NCBI GenBank assembly: GCA_004764695.1
Contig: SMSO01000017.1
Location: 1 to 40,061, forward strand
Direction: 5' to 3'
Origin: Schizochytrium sp. TIO01
Lineage: Eukaryota > Protista > Bigyra: Labyrinthulomycetes
Length of the DNA: 40,061 nucleotides
Shown here: positions 13,480 through 22,772 of the stretch, one piece after another
Position numbering within the stretch: position 1 is the stretch's first letter
How the letters are laid out: every line of letters starts with the position of its first letter
Notes under the pieces: generated by a model
Database searches by the model: none
Seen by the model: the letters and a program-made list of their open reading frames with translations, nothing else
Told to the model about the DNA's origin: nothing
Translations under genes and position numbers: made by a program

Positions 13480-15634
13480 TCTCCCAATTGGAATATGAAT
13501 CAGACTACCTTGAAATTCAATTTCAAAGACGGCAGATCTCTGACCCTAATAGGATCCAGAGCGTAACAAGCCCTCTTCAGTATACGTTAAGGTTGTTGGC
13601 CTCATCTTCCCAGTCAATCACTAGCTGGCCAGATTTATATTTCAGCAATTCAACTAGATCTTAATCGGTTCTCGCGGGGCAATGGCACAGCATAACAATT
13701 CTGACAATGATAGCTTTGCAATACAGCATATAACAACATACTCTTGCAACATTCAACTTCTAATACAACCAAATCTTTTCGTGAAAACTCAATCTGACTT
13801 GCACATCTTAGTCTGAAGTGCGAATATCTTTTAGGGTTCCAAAGGATCTGGGTTGTCGGCGTTTAGATAATGAGTTTGTAGCAACGAATTGCCTCTTTGT
13901 TGGGGAACACCTTGTCATTGTATGCTTTAACACATAACGAATGCACCATTCATGATATGGAATAGGAAGGAAATCATTCTCAGCTTCCTTGTTTGCGGTT
14001 ATATCGTAATCAAAGATGCGATTTTTATTAAAATGTGTTGTTGAGAGTTCAATCAATTACTCTACGCGTTAATTAAGCTTTAATTCTGGGCGCATGTTGA
14101 TGCATATAATATTGTTGTAGGAAATGGGCATATTGCCTTTTCGTAGTAATGTTTAAATTTTGTGTTGATAATTCCATCGAAAATGTATTTTATTAGTATA
14201 TTCTATTAATAGATCATTTCTCCTATAAGCCATAGGGTGATGCTCAAAGTAGTGAAGTAAAGCATGAGCTTAATTGGTTCACAAATATATGGATGAAATA
14301 TGAATAAACGCAGAAATCACTCATCGGAAAAACATGTCAATTCACATCGCAGAGGTTCGTAATACTCTGGCACGTGTAAGCACACTTCAAGTAGAGTAGT
14401 ATATTACTGAATCCCAAGGATCAACTTAGACTTTGCAAGAACCTAAAATTAATAAACACAATCTAATCTAGTCAATCTTGAACTTTACATACGCGTGTAC
14501 AATAAACTTTCGGATCATGTCAGAAAATCCGAGCGGTCAGAACAGCCAAAAGAATAAAGGTGTACCCTAGTCTTTTCACTTTACATTTTTTTCACCACTC
14601 TTATGTTTAACTGCACTGGGGATACAACACCGCCGTAGGTAGCCTAGTTCGTTCAAGTTTTTGGAGGCTTCGTTCACTAAGCCTAGTAGTAGTAAGTTTT
14701 CCTCACCTTTGCGTTTTTGTGTTCTGTTCTCCTTGGTTTTGGGGTGTGCGCTCACATTATGGAGCTGTGGTCCCGGACCAATTAAAAATCTCGCGATTGC
14801 AAGAAGTGAACTTCATGTTGTCTCTGCAAGTCGTCTCTGCCATAGGCCGAGCGGAATAAGGAAATCATGTTCTTGACTCAATCTCAATGGATATACCTAT
14901 GTTCACTCCCTCGGAGGCAAGACAGGCATGAATTAATCTATGTGAGGTCTTAGTTCGGATTGTACAAAGGGACTTCGGTGCGAACGAGGGAGTCCCTCCT
15001 TCAGCATTTTTAATCACAATTTGTGTGCATTGCTGGCTCCTCTTTAGCTGATCAAAATTTCATGGAACAAGCTATTGACACAGGCTGCGTGTTCCTTAAA
15101 TCCTTTATTGGGCAATAGACGAAGAAGGCAACAAACTACCTCTAGGTAAACAAGCCGAGAGTTTGTACATAAGACATCAGCAAAACCTCACCAAAGGTAA
15201 GCCTGAACGACCAGCGTTGTAACTCGCGTGCGACGCGCTACCTTTTGGTCGCTCGTTTGATAGCCTAATTAATGGAGTCTCAGAACTCTCGGCTAAGCCA
15301 GCTAACATATTTTACTAATCCTTGTTGTACCAAAATGGGTACCAGATCGACTTGGAGCAGATCGATTGTGGCGTGCGCTCAAATCAAGTAGCACGTGGCT
15401 ACCCAAGAGTAGTAGGGGCTAGGAAGAAATAGAAGAGGCACAAGCCACTTTAGTGAATAGAACGCAGTTCACGTGCACAATAAAGGGATGGTTATAAAGT
15501 ATTTAGTAAAATAGAGTACCTAGTGATGTCGCCGTCTATAGCGTAAAAGTACTCATGAGTTCAAGAAAGCAATTTCGCAATGTTGGCTAGTTTGGGCGAC
15601 CAAGTTAACCTCGCAACGTCACAGCACAAGCAGG

Positions 15635-16110
15635 ATGGTGTGCTTGTTCAGTATCCACAACACAGATGATGCGTGCTGCAGTGGGTACTGCACGGGGCAT
15701 GACATGTGCTTGCCTAATATATGGTTCGTGGAGTGCCAGAACTACGGTGGAAGTAGCTACGAGCTTCAAGTGCGCAAGACTTTGTATTATTTCATTGCCG
15801 CTTACTATGGTGTTTTCTTAATAGTCTTTTTCTTTGCTTTGCATTTCATGAAAAAGCGTGAAGCAGACCTCCCTCCTGAATCTCGAGTGCTTACGGCAAA
15901 GCTCGCCCTTGGCTGGTTCGCTGCTACGCTTGTTTTTGGCGCTTGTGGTTTCATCGCATGTATTTCTATGTCAAGATGACTGTAAATCAGAACCACAAAT
16001 ATGTCTCTGCTGCAACTACTGTTTGGGGAAATAACTCAAATCAAGTAAAGCCTGATGATCCGGCCTCTACGTCAAAACCACCGCAAGATTTTGATGCAGC
16101 CAGCGTATAA
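15635..16110 (+). pseudogene. Small Cys-rich two-TM membrane protein, probably frameshifted (pseudogene or consensus error)
   Basis: ORF 15635-15979 has a knottin-like DDACCSGYC..C..C motif and two hydrophobic segments. One extra T in the TTT at 15963-15965 would continue it as FYVKMTVNQNHK...PPQDFDAASV* to 16110. Confidence 0.45.
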
Positions 16111-16973
16111 AATATGCTACCCTCTTCACAGAGTGCAAGCTTTAGAAATGTCAGTGCTGGGGCATGCGTCGCTTAGCAAGCAGCTTTGTGATTGTGTATA
16201 AATGTGGCTTAGGCAAGTTCAATCTTCTGCGACACATACAGCAGCGTTAGTCCAAAGGGGTGAACCTTTTGGATGGTACTTAAAGCGCTATCAAATGTGC
16301 CTCGACCTGTAATGCTGCTCTCTTTATACCAGCATGGCTGTTCTGGGTTATGCACTGTTGATCTTTATGGCCAGGTATTCTCTCTATTTGCTCTTTTTGT
16401 TGCAGTGGCAAGTCATGTGTATTCCCAACATCCTTAATTAAAGTAAATACCAACAACAGATCACTATCGTATTTTTGTGGACTATATCGTATGTTATTTA
16501 CTTTAAATAGGTAGTGGATTTCTTTATTTGCTCACTTTACCCTGTATCAATTTTCGAGACATTAGTTAGCCCTGAGGCTAATTCCACAATAAATAGCAAT
16601 ATACATAGAATGTCTTTTTCTCTGCTGCTGCTACTACTGCTGTTCCTGCTCCTACTTCGAGTTGCATGTTTACCAACCAGAGGTCAGCGGTAAAGATATG
16701 TATTGGCAGGATGTTCGAAGGTTTGGAGAATACCTCGTGAGGCTTAACAATGTGTCAAATAAAGATACAATTGTAAAATTCAATACAATGCTAACAACTA
16801 AAACTCAAATTGTTGGCTGGGGCATCAAACAACGCAGTCTTTCAACGGTAGATTATGTTTCCCTTAGTCCATCAATATATACGGAACAATCCATCATGAA
16901 ACGATTTTTAATTACCAGAATCTAAACCAAAATATACTCTAGTTCCTTCAACTTTACATTTGATTACTGGGGA

Positions 16974-17238
16974 CTAACCTAACTAACCTACCTAACTAAC
17001 CTAACCTAACCTAACCTAACCTAACCTAACCTAACCTAACCTAACCTAACCTAACCTAACCTATACCTAACCTAACCTAACCTAACCTAAAACCTAACCT
17101 AACCTTACCTAACCTAACCTAACCTAACCTAACCTAACCTAACCTAACCTAACCTTAACCTAACCTTACCTTACCTAACCTTACCTAACCTTACCTAACC
17201 TTACCTAACCTTACCTAACCTTACCTAACCTTACCTAA
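16974..17238. repeat. Telomeric repeat tract (CCTAA)n = (TTAGG)n on the minus strand, with proximal (CCTTACCTAA)7 variant
   Basis: ~265 bp of CCTAA read directly. TTAGG is the telomere repeat reported for Aurantiochytrium. The orientation is that of a left chromosome end. Confidence 0.92.
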
Positions 17239-18709
17239 TGATTGTTTATTATGGTGTTTCTTAATGGTTTTACAATAAAAATTTTAATGAAGAATTAAAA
17301 ATATTTTCTTTTTTAAAAGAAAAAATTTTTACGCGCCTGCTGACATTCGTGGATATGGGAGACTTCAATAAGAACCGTCTATAATACGATGGAAGTCCTT
17401 TTGTCTAATTTTTTTAAGTATTTTCTCATCATCATTTTAACCTGTATCTGCGATGAGTTGTGAAGCGTTCTACTGGTGCTTGTAGATAGTTTCTAACTAT
17501 TTTATTGATAGAGTTATGACACTGCAAAGTCTGCCTGTTCTCCTTATTAGTTATATGAGAAACTTAGAAATAACTTTCAAAGTCAATAAAACTCAATTTG
17601 AAGTTTTAGTTTTCTTAATGAAGACAGGTTTCCTGTCGTATTGCGCAGCAGCTTTCCGATAGTACCATTCCATGATTAATAGGTGACTCATTTGTTGAGC
17701 AAATGAATCTTATGCTAACCATTTAATTTTATGTGCTGCTAAAAATTAGAGTGATAGCTAAGACCTGTTCCCTGTAGCGTGCAAGAAGATTTCTTCTCAT
17801 CAAGCAAATGTGTCCATCTTAGCCATGAACGAGCTACCGAGTGGTTCTTGTGGAAAAGTTCTACCTACTTTTTTGATTGCGTAAAAACACTACTAAACTC
17901 GGTTCCTCCTCCTTAATAATGATATGAGAAACTAAGAAATAACTTTCGAAAGTCAATAAAAACATAAATATAATTTTAATTTCTCTTAGCAAACGCATCT
18001 ACCCTGTTGCAAAGTGACACATGTTTCCAAGGGTACCATTCGATGATTATTATATAACCCGGTTTTTGAGAAAATTAATCTTGTACTAAACATTTTGTTT
18101 TATATCCTCCTTACAAATAGAGTGCCATATTGATGTTTTTTTTCTCAATCTTGCAAGAATATTTTTTATCATAAATCAAATGCGCGCATCTTAACAGTTC
18201 ATGAATTATCGAATTGTGCTTGTAGAAATGCTCTGGCTATTGCATTGATAAAGTCAGAACACTACTAATTTCGGTTCCTTCCCCATATTATTAATATGAA
18301 AGACCAAAAAATATCTTTTAAAGGTCAATAAAATCATAATCATAGTTTTGTTTTTATAAATCAAGATATTTTCCCTAATGTAAATTGAAACAGCTTTCCA
18401 ACGGTACCATTCCATGATTAATATCTTTCCCCGTTGTTGAGAAAATGAATCTTATTCTAAACAATTGATTCTCTGTCCTGCTAACAAATAGAGTGATAAC
18501 CTCCAGCTTCATTTCTCAAGCTTGGAAGAAAATTATTTCTCATAAATCAAATGCACTTATCTTATTATTTCATGAACTATTGAGTGGTGTTTGTAGAAAA
18601 GCTCTGCTTATTCTGTTCATAGTGTCAAGAGATAATCTATATATGGGACCGGGGTATACTAGGTATTGACGAGTGGTCATTAGTCACGCCTTTTTATAGC
18701 CCCTTAACA

Positions 18710-18720
18710 GATTAAGAGTC
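18710..18720 (+). promoter_or_regulatory. TRIM primer-binding site complementary to the tRNA-Lys(CUU) anticodon arm
   Basis: GATTAAGAGTC is the reverse complement of GACTCTTAATC, the conserved anticodon stem-loop of eukaryotic tRNA-Lys(CUU). It abuts the 5' LTR. Confidence 0.75.
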
Positions 18721-18723
18721 AAA

Positions 18724-18778
18724 TAGCTGAAACTCTAGGAGATAGAGTTGCCGTATGTTGGTCCCGGGTTCGATCCCC
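18724..18778 (+). promoter_or_regulatory. tRNA-like Pol III internal promoter (A-box-like TAGCTGAA, B-box GGTTCGATCCC) inside the TRIM
   Basis: GGTCCCGGGTTCGATCCCC (18760-18778) matches a tRNA variable loop plus T-arm. The A-to-B spacing (~44 nt) is close to that of a tRNA gene. Confidence 0.55.
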
Positions 18779-21700
18779 CCATGATGTAAGTGCCTGGAAA
18801 AAGAAGGACTTACTGGGGGGTAGGGGTGTCCTATTCCTGCTGGGATGTCGAATCAGTCTCTAACCGAAATATGAACCTTTCGCCCAGAGAATGGGGGGGT
18901 GTCAAGAGATAATCTATATATGGGACCGGGGTATACTAGGTATTGACGAGTGGTCATTAGTCACGCCTTTTTATAGCCCCTTAACACATAGAGTTAAAAC
19001 ACTACTAAACTTAGTTCTTTCCCCTTATTAATAATGAGAAACTAAGAAATAGCTTTGAAAAGTCAATAAAAACATAATCATATTTTAATTTTTTCTGAAC
19101 CAACACCTCTACCTTGTTGTAAATTTCACCAGCTTTGCAACGGTACCCCTCCATGATAAATATATTTTACCATTGTTGAGAAAATGAATATTATACTAAT
19201 TATTTAATTCTTTATTTTTTTGACAATTAGAGTGACAACTTGGAGCTTTCTTTCTTAAGCTTGAAAGTATATTATTTCTCGCAAATCAAATGCAGGCATC
19301 TCAGCAATTTATGTGCTATCACGTTATCGCTACAGGAAAGTTTTGGATATTCTATTGACAGAGTTAGAACACTACTAAACTCGTTTCTTTCTCCCTATTT
19401 TTAATATGAGAGACCAAAGAATAACTTTCAAAGATCAGTAAAAATAACTTTTAAAATCATTTCGCTTGAGAAAACACATTTCCCCTGTTGCAAATTGAAG
19501 TGGCTTTCCAACGGTACCGCTCGATGATTAATAGATTATCTCATTGTTGAGAAAACGAATTTTATACTCATTAATTTATTCTTTATCCTGCCAACAAATA
19601 GAGTGACAATTTAGAGCTTCTTTTCTCAAGCTTGCAAGAAGCTTTTCTCTTATGAATCAAATGTGAGCATTGCAGCAAGTAATGGGCTATCGAGTGGATC
19701 TTCTAGAAAATTTCTGGTTTTTCTGTTCATAGAGTTAGAACTCTACTAAACTTAGCTCTTTCTCCTTATGAGTAATATGAGAAACTAAGAAATAACTTTC
19801 AAAAGTTAATAAAAACAAAACCATAATTTTATTTTTTTTTAACGAACACATCTACCCGGTTGTAAATGTTTCAAGCTTTCCAATGGTACCACTGGATGAT
19901 TAATAGATTATCTCATTGTTGAGAAAATGAACATTATACTAATCAATTTATTCTTTATCCTGCTCACAAATAGAGTGACAACTTGGAGCCTCTTTTCTCA
20001 AGCTTGCAAGTATGTTTTTTCTCATAAATCAAATACACGTATCTTAACAATTCATGAACTATTGAATGGTGCTTGTAGAAAAGCTCTGTCTATTCTATTG
20101 ATAAAGTTAGAACACTACTAAACTCAGCTCTTTCTCCTTATTAATAATATGAGAGACTAAGAAATATCTTTCAAAAGTTAATAAAAACAAAACCATAATT
20201 TTATTTTTTCTGAACCAACACATCTACCCTGTTGTAAATTCAAGCAGCTTTCCAATGGTACCACTGGATGATTAATATATTATCTCATTGTTGAGAAAAT
20301 GAATATTATACTAATCAATTTATTCTTTATCCTGCTCACAAATAGTGACAACTTGGAGCTTCTTTTCTCAAGCTTGCAAGTATGTTTTTTCTCATAAATC
20401 AAATACACGCAACTTAACAATTCATGAGCTATCGAATGGGGCTTGTAGTAAAGCTCTGGCTATTCTATTGATAAAGTTAGAACACTACTAAACTTGGTAC
20501 CTTCCCCCTATTAATAATATGAGAGACCAAAATTAAACTTTCAAAGCTCAGTAAAACTATATATTAAAAGTATTTTTTCTGAGAAAACACATCTACCCTG
20601 TTGTAAATTCAAACAGCTTTCCAATGGTACCACTCGATGATTAATATATTATCTCATTGTTGAGATATTGAATCTTATACTATTCATTTTGCCCTTTATC
20701 CTGCTAATAAATAGAGTAACAACTTGGAGCTTCTTTTCTCAAGCTTGCAAAAATATTTTCAATCATAAATCAGACGCGGTTATCTCAAAAATTCATGATT
20801 TATCGAATGGTGCTTGTAACAAAGTTCTGTCTGTTATAGTAATAGAGTTATAACACTACTAAACTCGGTTTCTCCCCCTATTAATAATATGAGAAACAAA
20901 GAAATATCTTTCAAAAGTCAATAGAACATAGTCATATATTTTTTTTCCTCTGAACCAACACATGTATCCTGTTGTAAATTGCAACAGCTTTCCAACGGTA
21001 CCAATCCATGATTAATATATTGCTTAATCATTGAGAAAATGAATCTTGTACAAATCTTTTAATTCTTTCTTTTGTTATTAAATAGAGTAACAACTTAGAG
21101 CTTCTTTTCTCAAACTTGAAAAAAGATTTTCTCTCATAAATCAAATGCGGCCATCTCCACAATTCATGCGCTATCGAATGGTTCTTCTAGAAAAGTTCTG
21201 TGTACTCTACTCATAGAGTTAAAACACTACTAAACTCGGTTCCTTTCCCCTATTAATAATATGAGAGACAAAAATTAAACTTTCAAAGGTCAGTAAAACT
21301 ATATGTTAAAGTATTTTTCTGAGAAATTACATCTACCCTGTTGCAATTTCAAGCCGCTTTCCAATGGTACCAGTCCATGATTTATATATTTTCCCGTTGT
21401 TGAGAAAATGCATCTTATACTAATCATTTAATTCTTTCTTTTGTTATCAAATAGAGTGACAACTTAGAGCTTCTTTTCTCAATCTTGCAAGAAGCTTTTC
21501 TCTCATAAATCAAACGCGGCCATCTCAACAATTCTTGAGCTATCGAATTGTGTTTGTAGAAAAGTTCTGTATATTCTACTCAAAGAGTTAGGACACTACT
21601 AAACTCGGCTCCACCCCCCTATTAATAATATGAGAGACTAAAGAATAACTTTCAAAGGTCAATAAAACTATATGTTAAAAGTATTGTTTTCTGAGAAAAC

Positions 21701-22306
21701 GCATCTACCCTGTTGTAGATCTTAACAGCTTTCCAACGGTATCACTCCATGATTAATATCTTTCCCCATTGTTGAGAAAATGAACCTTATAGTAGCAAAT
21801 GTTTTCTTATCCTGCCATTAAACAAAGTAACAACTTGGAGCTTTTTTACTCGAGCTTGCAAGCAAGTATTTCTCATAAATCAAATACACAGATCTTAACA
21901 ATTCATACGCTATCGAGTGGGACTTGTGGCAAAGCTCTGTCTATTCTATTAATAGAGTTAGAACACTACTAAACTCGGTTTCTCTCCCTATAAATAATAT
22001 GAGAAACAAAAAAATATCTTTCAAAAGACAATAAAACATAATCATTATTTTATTTTTTCTGAACCAACACATCTCCCCTGTCGTAAATTGAATCTACTTT
22101 CCATCGGTACCACCCCATCATTAATATCTTTCCCCGTTGTTGAGAAAATGATTTTATACTAGCCGTTTAATTCTCTATCCTGCTCACAAATAGAGTAGCA
22201 ACTTGGAGCTTCTTTTCTGAAGCTTGCAAAAACATGTTTTCTCATAAATCAAATGCACGTATCTCATTAAAACGTGAACTATTGAGTGCTTTTTATAGAA
22301 AAGTTT

Positions 22307-22772
22307 TGTTGAATGCTGTAGAGTGACAGAGACTCGAAAGGTTGTTTACTTTTTAGGTTGAGGTTGTATAGTTTGAGGTCTGCTGACATACTGCCGGCAG
22401 TGAAGAAGTTATTTCTACTCAGTCTCTGTTACACATGTCCTTTATTAGTGGCGGCCACCGAGCGGAAAACCGCAACTACTAGTGTTTAGTCCATGTGTCC
22501 CTTAGTGAGTATTTGTTTTCTTGATAAAGATTCTCCTACGTTCTTTGATACTTTTACAGTGGTATTATGGGTTAATACTCGTGTTCATGTATATAATTCA
22601 CGAGCATTACCCTAACCCTACTACTGCAAAAGGTATAATAAGAAAGTTAAGAGATTCTTTGTTGTCCAATGCTTAACCTTTACCCTAACCCTACCTCTGT
22701 AAAAGGTATGATTAGAAAGGCAGGAGACTCCTTGTTATCCCGACTCGGGACCAACAATTCGTCTAGACAACA
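22307..22772 (-). repeat. Copia 3' LTR (466 bp, TG...CA)
   Basis: TGTTG...CAACA termini; preceded on the minus strand by the polypurine tract GGGGAGGTG (22781-22773). Confidence 0.95.

Larger units (their letters stand above)
18623..18986 (+). mobile_element. TRIM (miniature non-autonomous LTR retrotransposon), 364 bp
   Basis: Identical 87-bp LTRs TGTCAAG...TTAACA at 18623-18709 and 18900-18986. 5-bp TSD CATAG (18618-18622, 18987-18991). PBS-like GATTAAGAGTC at 18710-18720, PPT AGAGAATGGGGGGG at 18886-18899, no ORF. Confidence 0.93.
17390..22303. repeat. ~370-bp tandem subtelomeric array, telomere-side part (LORE-TEARS-like)
   Basis: Anchor ACACTACTAAACT (or a close variant) recurs at ~17519, 17887, 18259, 18999, 19369, 19740, 20112, 20482, 20853, 21224, 21593 and 21963. 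The period is 368-372 bp once the TRIM is removed. Confidence 0.93.

Noticed and set aside
16610-16925. Signal-peptide-like MSFSLLLL start and adjoining 87-aa ORF
   Set aside because: The Leu run comes from a CTG/CTA repeat and stops after 27 codons; the neighbouring ORF has no recognisable features.
18715-18790. Functional tRNA gene inside the TRIM
   Set aside because: No acceptor stem or anticodon arm can be folded; only promoter-box and T-arm similarity.
19927-20853. Repeated hydrophobic mini-ORF (MNIILINLFF...) in array units
   Set aside because: Other units carry stops or indels and unit lengths vary by non-triplets, so there is no evidence of coding constraint.
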